Source of the DNA: Dehalococcoidia bacterium
Lineage (GTDB): Bacteria > Chloroflexota > Dehalococcoidia > DSTF01 > JACRBR01
Direction of reading: 5' to 3'
Length of the DNA: 45,510 nt
Assembly (NCBI GenBank): GCA_041494685.1
Contig: JBGQBE010000024.1
Location: forward strand, 1-45,510
Every line of letters starts with the position of its first letter. The stretch's first letter is position 1. Positions 26,951 through 36,939 of the stretch are shown piece by piece. Both the position numbers and the translations under genes were made by a program. The notes beneath the pieces were generated by a model. That model had not been told where the DNA came from. It worked only from the letters and a program-made list of their open reading frames with translations, and ran no database searches.

Positions 26951-29446
26951 TCAAGGGGCTTCGACGATGACCGTCGTGGTTTCGCTCCATAGCTCCGAAC
27001 CATCCATCGCGATGGCGTGCGCGCGGATAGCGTGCGTGCCGGCGCCGAGCTGCCAGTTGATGCGATACGGCGCCGAGGTTGCGCTGCCGACGAGCGCGCC
27101 GTCGAGATAGAACTCCACGTCGCGCACGGAGACGGACGGCAGCGCCTCTAACGGTGCCGCCTGATCCTGGGGTCGCAGAGCGCGAGTGATGTGGAAGACG
27201 GTCCCGTCCGCCGGCGCCACGAGCCGAAGCTGTGGCTCCCGCGCCGCGACGCCCGTCGCGACGAGCGTCGCGCCGCCGGCGTAAGGCGGTACCGGGGGCA
27301 GCGGCACGCCGGCGGCGCGCGCCCAGGGGATCGCTTCGAACGGCACGAATGAGTAGACGCGCTGTGTCACCGTGCCCGGGCACAACGGTTGTGGCGTGCC
27401 GGTCGTGTCGCACACCGCAACGCTACGATAGTAGTCGTCGTGCGCCGTCGGCGCCGTCCCCGCGGCGAAGACCTCGACGCGCTGGCGCGGACACGCAGAT
27501 GTTGGCAGCAGGCCAGACGGCAGGCACACGGTGACGCGCTCGATCCCCGGAGGCTCATCGAAGGCGCGCGGCGGCCGGCCCGCAAGCGCCGCGTTCATGA
27601 CGTCGCGCCAGATCGGCGCGGCGCCGTCGACGCCGGAAACGTTGCGGATCGGCGTATTGTCCGCGTTGCCCGCCCAGACACCGACGACGAGGTCCGGCGT
27701 GTAGCCGACGGTCCAGTTGTCGCGAAAGTCGGTTGTTGTGCCGGTCTTCACCGCGGCCGGCCGGTCGAGCTGAAGCGGACTGTTGTAGCCGAAGCCGGGC
27801 GCACGTGCGTCGTTGTCGGAGAGGATGTCGGTCAGGAGGTATGCCGTCTGCGCGGAGACGACGCGCGGCCGCGCCGGCGGCGGCGCCTGGTAGAGCACGC
27901 GCCCGCTCGCATCTTCGACCCGCAAGACGGCCACCGGATCGACGCGCAGGCCACCGCCCGCGAACGCGGCATACGCGGCCGTCAGGTCCAGCAGCCGCAC
28001 CTCGCCGCCACCGAGCGTGAGCGAGAGATCGTATCGCGTGGGGTCGGTGAAGGTCGTGAGGCCGATCTGGCGGGCGACGTTGACTGCCCGGTCGATCCCG
28101 ACGGCGGCGAGCATCCGCACGGCCGGCACGTTGTACGACGACGCCAGCGCCTCGCGTAACGAGACGGGTCCGTGGAAGGTCATGTCGTAGTTGTTGGGGG
28201 CGTACGGCTGGCCGAGCTTCGTCTGCAGCGTCGTCGGGATGTCCAGCAGCTCGGACGCGGGCGTCAATCCTGATTCGAGCGCTGCCGCGTAGATGATCGG
28301 CTTGATCGCGCTGCCGGGTTGCCGCTCGGCGAGCGCGACGTTGTACGCGCCGTTGATCGAGGCGTCGTAGTAGTCGGCGCTTCCCACCATCGCGCGGACT
28401 GCGCCGGTCGCGGGATCGAGCGCGACCACGGCGCCGTTGGTGAGGTGGTGGTCGCCCAGCGCCGCCACCTGCCGGGCGACGGCCTGCTGCGCCGCCTGCT
28501 GCAGGTCCAGGTCGAGCGTCGTCTCGACGCGCAGGTTGCCCGCAGCGATCGCATCCTGCCCGACGAGATCCGGCAGGAGTTGCCGCACCCACGCGACGAA
28601 GTGCGGCGCCTCGATCGGGAACGGCGTCGGGTTGAGCGCCAGCGGCTCGGCCGCGGCCGCATCGGCTTCGGCGCGCGAGACGTCGCCCGTGGCGACCATG
28701 CGGTCGAGCACGGTCCGCTGGCGCGCGCGGGCCGTCGCCAGATGGGCGAACGGGTCGTAGTCGGACGGCGACTGAAGCAGGCCGGCCAGCAACGCTGACT
28801 CCGCCAGATCGAGGTCGCGCGCGCTCGTGGCGAAGTAGGTGCGGGAAGCCGCCTCGACGCCGTAGGCGAGATTGCCGAAGTAGACGCGGTTCAGGTACCG
28901 CTCGAGGACCTGATCCTTCGACAGCGACCGGTCGAGCCGGAGTGCCAGCAGCGCCTCGCGCACCTTGCGGAGCGGGCTCGAAGATGAGCGCTCCTCCTGG
29001 TTGAAGTAGAGGTTGCGGGCGAGCTGCTGGGTGATCGTGCTGCCGCCGGAGCGCACCTCGCCGTGGACGAGGTCGGTCAGGGCGGCACGGACGATCGCCT
29101 TCGGATCGATGCCGGGGTTCCGGTAGAACGACGCGTCCTCGGTGGCGATGACGGCCTGGCGCAGCCGCGGCGGCATGTCCGACAGCGGCAGGTAGGTGTA
29201 GCGCGCATCCGCAGGGCCGGCGGAGTCGTAGAGGACGCGCCCGTGGGCATCCAGGATCTTGGTCGACTGCGGGAGCTGTCGCGGCGCAGGCGGGGCAGGG
29301 AGAGGCGCCAGGTAGAGGGCGGCGTACGCGACGATCGCGACGAGGAAGCCGAGGCGTGCCCACGAGCGGGCCCGCGCGAATCGCAATGCGCCGCGACGAG
29401 CGCGCCGCGCTTCACGCACAAAGGCCTGCTCCTCGGTCAACAGCAC
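26951..29446 (-). CDS. pbpC: Penicillin-binding protein 1C (transglycosylase-transpeptidase with C-terminal Ig-like domain)
   Basis: N-terminal TM; EDASFY, GSTITQQL, RKVRE, YLNRVYFG; SxxK (SAIK), SYN, KTG; directly upstream of the A2M gene. Confidence 0.92.
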   Translation of the reverse strand: MLLTEEQAFVREARRARRGALRFARARSWARLGFLVAIVAYAALYLAPLPAPPAPRQLPQSTKILDAHGRVLYDSAGPADARYTYLPLSDMPPRLRQAVIATEDASFYRNPGIDPKAIVRAALTDLVHGEVRSGGSTITQQLARNLYFNQEERSSSSPLRKVREALLALRLDRSLSKDQVLERYLNRVYFGNLAYGVEAASRTYFATSARDLDLAESALLAGLLQSPSDYDPFAHLATARARQRTVLDRMVATGDVSRAEADAAAAEPLALNPTPFPIEAPHFVAWVRQLLPDLVGQDAIAAGNLRVETTLDLDLQQAAQQAVARQVAALGDHHLTNGAVVALDPATGAVRAMVGSADYYDASINGAYNVALAERQPGSAIKPIIYAAALESGLTPASELLDIPTTLQTKLGQPYAPNNYDMTFHGPVSLREALASSYNVPAVRMLAAVGIDRAVNVARQIGLTTFTDPTRYDLSLTLGGGEVRLLDLTAAYAAFAGGGLRVDPVAVLRVEDASGRVLYQAPPPARPRVVSAQTAYLLTDILSDNDARAPGFGYNSPLQLDRPAAVKTGTTTDFRDNWTVGYTPDLVVGVWAGNADNTPIRNVSGVDGAAPIWRDVMNAALAGRPPRAFDEPPGIERVTVCLPSGLLPTSACPRQRVEVFAAGTAPTAHDDYYRSVAVCDTTGTPQPLCPGTVTQRVYSFVPFEAIPWARAAGVPLPPVPPYAGGATLVATGVAAREPQLRLVAPADGTVFHITRALRPQDQAAPLEALPSVSVRDVEFYLDGALVGSATSAPYRINWQLGAGTHAIRAHAIAMDGSELWSETTTVIVEAP

Positions 29447-29866
29447 GGGCCACTCCCGGACGCGTCGGCGTCCTTACGGTGGCTAATCTATGCGTGCGGG
29501 CGCGGACCTGACCGGACGCGTTGCCTACGCTCGCCCGACGGCATGTCTACGGTAACACGGCGGCGCATCGAGCAGCCGGCGCGCCGTACAGGCCGTCACC
29601 TTCGTCCCCTGCTTGTCTCGGTAACACTACAATCGCAGCAGAGAAGGCCGACAACGGCACTTGTTCGGGTTTCCGCGTTTGCTGGGGTGGCTGGGTTGCC
29701 TGAGGCGATGTCGAGGACGTCATCTCAGGCCTCCTGCTTCGGGAACGCCGCCACCTTGCGCGTCGCCGGTTCCTGAGCGGTTTCAGGTTCTGCCATGACG
29801 GTTGCTCTCCCGACGACCTGAATCCTTGCTAGGCTCTCCTCGGCACCGGTAGCTGGAGGCATCTGG

Positions 29867-30178
29867 ATGGAACTCGACGAAGCCGCCCACGGCCAGACGA
29901 TCGACCTCGCCGTCGGCGACGAGCTCACCATCCGCCTCGCGGAAAACCCGACGACCGGTTACCGGTGGGATGTGAGATCGAGGGCGAGCACCGTCTGCGA
30001 CCTTGCGAGCGACGAGTACGAAGCCCCGAAGCCCACACCCGGAGCCGGCGGCGTCCACGTCTGGGCGTTCCGTGCGACTCGACCCGGTGCAGCCGAACTG
30101 CTCCTTGTGTACCGTCGCCCCTGGGACGAGCCCAGCGAACCGGAGAAGACGTTCGCCGTGCGGATTCGCGTCGCCTGA
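29867..30178 (+). CDS. Chagasin-family (I42) cysteine protease inhibitor
   Basis: ENPTTGYRW, GAGG and YRRPWD loop motifs. Confidence 0.92.
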   Translation: MELDEAAHGQTIDLAVGDELTIRLAENPTTGYRWDVRSRASTVCDLASDEYEAPKPTPGAGGVHVWAFRATRPGAAELLLVYRRPWDEPSEPEKTFAVRIRVA

Positions 30179-30184
30179 GGCTGG

Positions 30185-30949
30185 CTACTTCACCAGCCGG
30201 ATCGTCCACAAGTCGTCGGACAGGTTGTCGTCGAGCAGGTAGGCGTACGGCAGCGTGAAGTATCCTTTCATCCCCCACTTGGCGCTCCACGAGTTGCGGA
30301 CGATGAACCACTGGTTCGCATCGTCGTATCCAACCGCCATCACCGCATGGCCGCCGACTTGCTTTTCGTTCGGCGCCGGCATCGGCGCGTGGCCCGTGCG
30401 GCGGACGGCGTCGCTCTCGAAGCTGGCGTAGACGGCGAAGCCGAAGACAAACGGATAGCCGGCCGCGAGGCAGCCCTTCAGCTGAGGCGGCGTCTGTGTC
30501 AGCCGCTGATAGAGGACGACCTTGTGCGCCTTCGCCTCCGTGTAGCACTTCGGCGTCGGCTTCACGGCGAACTTGGCGATGTTATACGGCCAGGTCGTCT
30601 CCGCACAGACCCCCTGAGTGGCGACGCTCTTGATCCCGTCGCGGATCATCGCGCCGCTGTCGGTGTCGATCGTGCCTTCCATCGCGCGTTCGTTGTAATA
30701 GATGAAGAGCCGCGAGGGCATGAAGGACTTCGCCATCTTCTGCTTCATCTGCTCGAACTGGATCGCCGCGCCAATGGCGTTGGCGGTGCAGCTGCCCAGC
30801 ATCCCCTGGTCGTAGACGGGCGGGCACAACTTGCGGAGGTCGACTTTTGACGGCAGCTTCCTGACGACGGCGATCGGGGCCGAATAGACGAGGTCGCGGT
30901 GGTCGGGGATGTCGGGAATCCACCCATAACGCTTGATCTTGCGTGGCAC
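30185..30949 (-). CDS. Papain-like C1A cysteine peptidase (xylellain-like)
   Basis: YGWIPD..DHRD, YDQGMLGSCTANA, SRLFIYYNER, GGHAV, VRNSW; GTG start at 30949 after GGAGG. Confidence 0.93.
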   Translation of the reverse strand: MPRKIKRYGWIPDIPDHRDLVYSAPIAVVRKLPSKVDLRKLCPPVYDQGMLGSCTANAIGAAIQFEQMKQKMAKSFMPSRLFIYYNERAMEGTIDTDSGAMIRDGIKSVATQGVCAETTWPYNIAKFAVKPTPKCYTEAKAHKVVLYQRLTQTPPQLKGCLAAGYPFVFGFAVYASFESDAVRRTGHAPMPAPNEKQVGGHAVMAVGYDDANQWFIVRNSWSAKWGMKGYFTLPYAYLLDDNLSDDLWTIRLVK

Positions 30950-31255
30950 GAGAGACCTCCTTTGAAACGCAGAGAGACCCAGCATACTCCGGCGTCGGCA
31001 GATGTCAAGCGAACGAGTAAGCACCAGCAGCACAGTGGCTCGGATCGGTTGCCCGGCAGCCGCGCCCCCTCGGGCTGGACGTGTTGGCGGTCAGCCCTGG
31101 CCAGCCGGCGGGAAGGCGTGCGGCGTGCCTGACTTGGTAGTCACATCGATTGGGAGGGCTATGACAGGTTCCGAGGAGCAAGAGGAGATCGTCGGGTAGG
31201 CGTAGGCTGCGCGTCGGGCACCAACCCATGGCGACAGGTGTAAGATCGATGCGAG

Positions 31256-33748
31256 ATGCCAGCAACGAAGACCGACTCGATGAGCGGATACGAACCGACC
31301 GACTCCGTGCGCCGGTCGCTCGCGTCTCGCTGCACCATCCCTCGCTACCTCGGTGCCGGGTGGAAGAGTCCGCTTGCCGCCGTACTCATCTTGATGGCGG
31401 CCATCGGGGCGTCATCGTTCTTTCCCGGTTGCGGTCACGGCACGACGAGCGTCGCACGGGCACCCGCGCCCGTCGGTCTCGGCAAGATTGCGTACGTGCA
31501 GGACGAGGACATCTGGGTGAAGGATCTCCCGGATGGCACGCCGCAACGCATCACGAACCACACAGAACAACCAAACGCCCGCCCGGAGTGGTCGGCGTCG
31601 GGACAATGGCTGAGCTTCTTGAAGGGCAAGCAACTCGGGGTGATGCGCGCGGACGGTAGCGACGCCCGTTTCTACGACGCCGGCTGGCTCGCCTGGTCAC
31701 CGGTCGCCGACCGCCTCGCGTATATCTCCGATCCCGGCACGGGCACGGAAGCGATCGCCGGAGAGCTTGTCGTGGAGAATGTGGACGGCTCGGCGCGTAC
31801 GGTGGTCGCGCGCTGGCATAGTGGGTCCGGTCTTGTGGGCGGACTCTCGGAGCCCGCATGGAGCGCCGACGGCACGTCGATCGCCTACGTCGAGCAGCGC
31901 AGCCAGGCTGGCACGCCGTCGACATACGTATACGCGGGTGTGTGGCGTGTGCCGGCCGACGGCAGCGGCGCCCCGGCCGAGGTCTACACCGCAGGCGACC
32001 CGCCGCGGGACGGCGTCGGTGTGCTCGGCTGGACCAGAGAAGGGTCCATCCTGGTCTACCGCGTGCCTGGCTTCACGGCGGACCTCTCCGACGGCGTTAC
32101 GGTTCTTGAGATTCGGCCGGGCTCGGCAGCCCCGATCGATTTCGCCCCGGCGAATCCGATCATGCTGATCGAGCCGGAGTTACGGTCCAGCGCACCGCGC
32201 GGCGATCTCGTGGCCATCACCGACGGCGGCGGTCGCGAAGCGTGGTCCGGCAAGCGGATCGCCGTCGTGTCGACTGCCAGCGGCACGGTAACCGACGTCA
32301 CGGACCCTGCCGTCGCGGCGATCGAGCCTTCGTGGTCGCCGGACTCACGGCGCATCGCGTACGTGGCCGCGCCGAATGCAGGCACAGACATCAGCGGCGG
32401 TGACGCGGCGAAGGCGGCGATGGCGCAGCGGAAGATCTGGGTCATGGATCAGTTGGGCGCGAACAGGCGGCAGCTCACCGCCGACCCCGCCTACCGCGAC
32501 GAGTTTCCGCAGTGGTCAGCCGACGGCTCGCAGATCCTCTTCGCGCGGCTCGATGCGCAGGATCGCTGGTCGCTATGGACGATGCCTTCGTCCGGTGGCG
32601 CTCCGCGGGAGGTCGTGGCCGATGTCTCGTCCAACATCCTCGGCTCGACGGCGCCAGCGTGGTTCGGCTACTACGGGGTAGTCGCATGGCATGACGTGAT
32701 GGCCTGGTGGCGGGGCGCTCCCGTCACAACCGCGACCGTTGTGGATACGCGCCCCGCACCGAGAAGCGCGGTGGCTGCCTTCGGCGAAGATGGCTCGGAG
32801 ATCACGCTGCTCAACCCGGACGCCGGATCTACGCTCGGCCACGTGACGGCGGGGTACCGTCCGTCAGTGGTTGTCCGCTCATCCGCCGATCAGATCCTGA
32901 TCTCCCAGTCGTTTGGCCCTGGACCCGATGCCGCGACGCCGACGCTCAAGATCTTCTCCCTGCACGACCTCACCACACCGATTGTGACGCTACCTATGCT
33001 CGACCGAGCAACGCCGATTGTCTATTACCCGGTGATGCTGTTGTCGGCGGACGAACAGTTCCTGTACTACGTCAAGATAAAGTCGGGCTGTCCCGGCGGA
33101 GAGGCGTGCGCTCTCCCATCGATCGGTGTGATCGACCTCAACGCCGACCAGGAGATCGGCGCCGCGGCGCTGCCGGTCGGATGCTCTTTCCCTGAACTCA
33201 CGCGCGTGGGCGCGTCGGACGCACTGGCGACCTGTCAGAAGTCGAGCGTGATCCTGACGCGCGTTTCTGCCACCGGAACGGCGCAAGAGGTCGCGAGGTT
33301 TCCGATCCGGACCGATCCGCGCACGACTGGCACGGCCAATCCGGTCATCGCCGATCTGGATCGTGACGGGAACTACTACGTCTTGTATCGCGATGGAGTT
33401 CTGCTGCGCTCGCCCGACGATGCCGGCACCCAGCTTCTCACGCAGCCGGGTGACGACATCGGGTTCAACACGCCATCGCTGACGGACACCAACCTGTGGG
33501 TCGCAGCGTACGGCTCGGGGGATCGTGCGTACGACGGCTTGCTCGTCATGTCGCGGGACGACCCGTCGGATGTCCACACGGTCCAACTCTCGCCGCCGAT
33601 TGACTTTGTCACGGCCTGGCGATCGAGTTCGGTTGTGCTGCTTCGAGAGGGCAGCTCTCGGGCGGGGATCTTCGATCTGATTACGGACGTAGCCACACGA
33701 GACGACGTGGAGGTGCCAGGTGGAGCGAATGTACTCGCCAGCCGATGA
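31256..33748 (+). CDS. Exported TolB-like beta-propeller protein (PD40 repeats) with second propeller-like domain
   Basis: Repeated PxWSxDG motifs (PEWSASG, PAWSADG, PSWSPDS, PQWSADG); hydrophobic N-terminal segment ending FPGC, a possible lipobox; start uncertain. Confidence 0.85.
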   Translation: MPATKTDSMSGYEPTDSVRRSLASRCTIPRYLGAGWKSPLAAVLILMAAIGASSFFPGCGHGTTSVARAPAPVGLGKIAYVQDEDIWVKDLPDGTPQRITNHTEQPNARPEWSASGQWLSFLKGKQLGVMRADGSDARFYDAGWLAWSPVADRLAYISDPGTGTEAIAGELVVENVDGSARTVVARWHSGSGLVGGLSEPAWSADGTSIAYVEQRSQAGTPSTYVYAGVWRVPADGSGAPAEVYTAGDPPRDGVGVLGWTREGSILVYRVPGFTADLSDGVTVLEIRPGSAAPIDFAPANPIMLIEPELRSSAPRGDLVAITDGGGREAWSGKRIAVVSTASGTVTDVTDPAVAAIEPSWSPDSRRIAYVAAPNAGTDISGGDAAKAAMAQRKIWVMDQLGANRRQLTADPAYRDEFPQWSADGSQILFARLDAQDRWSLWTMPSSGGAPREVVADVSSNILGSTAPAWFGYYGVVAWHDVMAWWRGAPVTTATVVDTRPAPRSAVAAFGEDGSEITLLNPDAGSTLGHVTAGYRPSVVVRSSADQILISQSFGPGPDAATPTLKIFSLHDLTTPIVTLPMLDRATPIVYYPVMLLSADEQFLYYVKIKSGCPGGEACALPSIGVIDLNADQEIGAAALPVGCSFPELTRVGASDALATCQKSSVILTRVSATGTAQEVARFPIRTDPRTTGTANPVIADLDRDGNYYVLYRDGVLLRSPDDAGTQLLTQPGDDIGFNTPSLTDTNLWVAAYGSGDRAYDGLLVMSRDDPSDVHTVQLSPPIDFVTAWRSSSVVLLREGSSRAGIFDLITDVATRDDVEVPGGANVLASR

Positions 33749-33796
33749 ACCGCGCGACCCACAAGCGTGGCGCGACCGAGCCCCAATGAGGTGACG

Positions 33797-35155
33797 ATGA
33801 AACGTACGCTCGTTCTCTGCTTACTGGTGGCCGGCGTGGCCCTCTCACACGCAAGCGCAACGCAGGCGAAAGGTGATTCCCGCCCCGGGACGTTCAAGAT
33901 CTCCGGCGGAAATCTTCCACATCCGGTCGTCGTCTCGCTTCCGGAATACAGCATGGTGGCAAGCGGCGAAGAGACCTGGTACACGACGCCCTCGGGTCTG
34001 CCCGAACCTCCAGCGGCGGCGACGCGCTACCAGGTGAGCCTGGTCGACGCGAGCGACGAGTCGCAGCTTTCGGAGTCTCCCTACGTCTACGTGCCTGGCC
34101 CCCCTGCACGCATCACGGTCGCCGGCAGTCCCGGGTGGGCGGAGCCGATCCCGCCAATCCGTGATCTACTTGATCGCTACATTGAACTCGGCGTCCGAGG
34201 CGCACTCCCGCAGCGTCCCACATTCGCCGAGGCCATGTCCGCGTCGCGCGAGGCGTTCGGCGACGCCGTCACTACAAACGGCACCGCGTTGCCTCCGCCC
34301 GTCGCCGACCGATTTCTCGCGCTCGTCGGTCAGGCGGTACCCGTCGTCTTTGGTGTGCGGGGCACGCTGATCGGGCATCGGGATCTCCACGCGGTCCAGG
34401 TGGAGGTGCGGATCGGCGCCGGCGCGCTGACGTTTGCGTACGTGCCGCCGGGTCCGGTCGCGCATTTTGGGTTGTTGTTCAACAAGGCGGCACTCGGGAA
34501 CTGGGAGTACATCACGATGCTCGATCCTCCCGGCTATGCGCAAGACGCCTACACGGTGCCTCCGGAGCTGGATCAACTCATGAACGATGCCGGGTTCCAG
34601 GGCGCCGACGAGGGCGAGCTGATCGACAGCCATGTGGTGCCGCTCGATCAAGCACAGCTGACGTTTGGGAACGACCACATCGAAGTGTGGCGCGGTGACG
34701 GGCCGCACCTGCGCGCGGCGATCCCGGACGTGTACGACAATTCGACGCCGTGCGCGGCCGGTGACTGTGCGCACAGCAGCCCGGTGCCGCCGTTTACCGG
34801 CACGCCCCTGAATGTCGAGATCTGGCCGCGCGGCATCGATCCGTTTCCCGACGCTGTGCGGCCGTCCGAGCTGACGTACTATCCCGACGATGCGTCGCAC
34901 GCCGGACATGGTGTGCTGGTGGAGAGTCAGGGGGGCACCGAGTTCAGCGGCACCTATGGAGGCCCTGAGCCGCCGTACTACGCCGACGTGACGATGGACG
35001 GGTTGCTGCGCGACGCGGCTCGCCATTTGGATCGCCAGCCCGCGCGCAGCCGCCTGAAGGCCTTTGCCATCGGTGCTCCGGCCGTTTTCGGAGGAGTGTT
35101 GGCCATCGCGTGGGCCAGTCTCAGTGCAGAACGGAAACGCCGGCGCGAAGGATAA
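33797..35155 (+). CDS. Exported hypothetical protein with C-terminal TM anchor
   Basis: Signal peptide MKRTLVLCLLVAGVALSHASA; C-terminal hydrophobic helix and RKRRR tail; GAGG upstream. Confidence 0.8.
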   Translation: MKRTLVLCLLVAGVALSHASATQAKGDSRPGTFKISGGNLPHPVVVSLPEYSMVASGEETWYTTPSGLPEPPAAATRYQVSLVDASDESQLSESPYVYVPGPPARITVAGSPGWAEPIPPIRDLLDRYIELGVRGALPQRPTFAEAMSASREAFGDAVTTNGTALPPPVADRFLALVGQAVPVVFGVRGTLIGHRDLHAVQVEVRIGAGALTFAYVPPGPVAHFGLLFNKAALGNWEYITMLDPPGYAQDAYTVPPELDQLMNDAGFQGADEGELIDSHVVPLDQAQLTFGNDHIEVWRGDGPHLRAAIPDVYDNSTPCAAGDCAHSSPVPPFTGTPLNVEIWPRGIDPFPDAVRPSELTYYPDDASHAGHGVLVESQGGTEFSGTYGGPEPPYYADVTMDGLLRDAARHLDRQPARSRLKAFAIGAPAVFGGVLAIAWASLSAERKRRREG

Positions 35156-35359
35156 CGACAAAGAAGGTTCGCGACCGCGGTGTGTTACTTGGTACGGGGA
35201 GTATCCAAGCCAATCAGGGTACGATGGCTTTACTATGGCTGCGCGGCGTTCTAACGCGGCAGGCGACGTGGTCCGTCAGCTCACGATCATCGGGTTCGGC
35301 GATCTGCCCGTAGGTGTGCCGCAGTCGATCGACGTCGTCGTGCCGGGCATGGCTCCCCC

Positions 35360-36055
35360 TCACGCCCGCCGAGGTCGTTCGCTTGCCGAAGGGCGCTTCC
35401 GCTGCGGCCCGGGGATTCGCGGTCCATCATCCGGTTTCGTGAGTTCGATCCGGACATGCGCCGGACCGTTGCATCGATACACCTGTCCTTGAGTCGCGTT
35501 CAGTTTGATCTCGGAAGGCCGTAGCGCTTTGCCACGACACTCGATGGAGACGGGCTTCGGCGGCTCATACGGCGTGGCCCGAATCGGCGGATAGCTGACG
35601 ATGATCTTCCCTCGAGCGCCGGTCTCGTCGTTCGTCACGCGATACGCACCGGGCCGTATCAGGGTCACGGCGAACACGTCTCCCTCGCCAAGGACACGGC
35701 TGTCGAACGGACGGGCCTTGGTTTCTCGTTCCGCCGGCACCAGCCGGACAGAGTAACCGGCTCGACCCCACGACACATGGAAGACGACGTACCCGCCCTT
35801 GGCGACGACGAATCGTTCCTGCCGCTCTGCGACCTTCGCTGGCCCGAACGAGGCGAGGTCGATGTCCGCTTGTGAAGGTCCTTCGTCCTCGACCATCAGC
35901 CGGAAGCGCCCGGCGAGTTGCTTCGGGCCAAGGTAGACGGTACCGGCGTATGAGCCCGGCTCCGCCATCTGATGGACAATGCAGCCGTGGACTCCCAGGG
36001 CGGCGCTGTCGATCACCGTATCGGCAAGGAGGTGCTGGTTCAGTAATGCGTTCAT
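35360..36055 (-). CDS. Hypothetical protein with two cupredoxin-like sequence motifs
   Basis: DSAALG..HQMAEPGSY and FDSRVLGEGDVFAVTLIRPGAY; ATGA overlap with the upstream gene. Confidence 0.8.
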   Translation of the reverse strand: MNALLNQHLLADTVIDSAALGVHGCIVHQMAEPGSYAGTVYLGPKQLAGRFRLMVEDEGPSQADIDLASFGPAKVAERQERFVVAKGGYVVFHVSWGRAGYSVRLVPAERETKARPFDSRVLGEGDVFAVTLIRPGAYRVTNDETGARGKIIVSYPPIRATPYEPPKPVSIECRGKALRPSEIKLNATQGQVYRCNGPAHVRIELTKPDDGPRIPGPQRKRPSASERPRRA

Positions 36056-36939
36056 GGCGCCCCCACATCAACTTGGGCCACCAGCTCCAAGTCGTCGACA
36101 TAGACGGTCAGGCTCGGTAGAGGAATGCGGACCACGGCCGGGCCGCCCGACCCGGGAAGACCGAGATCGATCGGGAAGGGATCTTCGACCTTGGCAAACT
36201 GCTGCGCGGCGAAGTAATCGAGGATGGCCGTGGTCAGGAAGTTGACCAGGCCGAGGCTCATTCCGAGCAGGTCGGACAGCCACTCCCCGATGTCGTCGGG
36301 GATATCGAGGATCGTGCGAATGAGGTCGATGATCGACCCCAGAATGGATAAGAGCACGTTTCGAGCCCAGCGAGGCAGGAACCCCAGCAGCCCGTTCACG
36401 GCGGCTTCGGCTGCGTGCTGAAGGAAGTCACCGACGGTGTCGGCGATGTCGATGGGGTCAAGATCGACGGACACGGGATCAAGGAAGATCCGCCATTCGT
36501 TTGGAGAGCCCGGCGCCCCATAGTGGTAACGGACCACCGGGGCAGCGATGACTGACACTTCTGTTGTGAGCAGTGAACTGAGGTCGAGCGGGATCGTGAT
36601 GTCCGGATCGGCGCTGAACACGCAGATGCGCGGCACGCGGACCAGGCAACCCCCGAACGGATTCGGGATGACGCAGAATCCGCCGATGCACAGTTCAGGG
36701 ATATCCAGGCCTATCCAGGCGCTCAGTTGATCCCACTTGATGTCCAGCTCACCGATGCGCGCTGTGTTGTTGGCCCTCAAGTCGAAGGTGCCGCCTTGCA
36801 GGTGCGCGGCTACGTTGTAGCCCGCGCTGAACGGTCCGAAGTCAGCGCTGTTGGAATTGGCGATGTGGAACGTGGACACCACTGTGTTGAACAGCCGCCG
36901 GCAAGAGTCTTCGGACACGGCGACGGTGATGTTGCTCAT
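36052..36939 (-). CDS. Hypothetical protein with Cys-rich insert and long amphipathic helical segment
   Basis: Start ATG 36939 overlaps the upstream stop (ATGA); MSNITVAVSEDSCRRLF..CIGGFCVIPNPFGGCLVRVPRIC. Confidence 0.8.
   Translation of the reverse strand: MSNITVAVSEDSCRRLFNTVVSTFHIANSNSADFGPFSAGYNVAAHLQGGTFDLRANNTARIGELDIKWDQLSAWIGLDIPELCIGGFCVIPNPFGGCLVRVPRICVFSADPDITIPLDLSSLLTTEVSVIAAPVVRYHYGAPGSPNEWRIFLDPVSVDLDPIDIADTVGDFLQHAAEAAVNGLLGFLPRWARNVLLSILGSIIDLIRTILDIPDDIGEWLSDLLGMSLGLVNFLTTAILDYFAAQQFAKVEDPFPIDLGLPGSGGPAVVRIPLPSLTVYVDDLELVAQVDVGAP

Noticed and set aside
26940..27413. 158-aa N-terminal extension of A2M in the ORF track
   Set aside because: Overlaps the pbpC 3' end in another frame; a strong RBS precedes ATG 26939
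27555..29363. Long alternative-frame and antisense ORFs (also 22863-24701, 2756-4018, 8936-10093, 11512-12681)
   Set aside because: Arg/Pro/Ala-rich or antisense shadows of well-supported genes, expected in high-GC DNA; no motifs recognised
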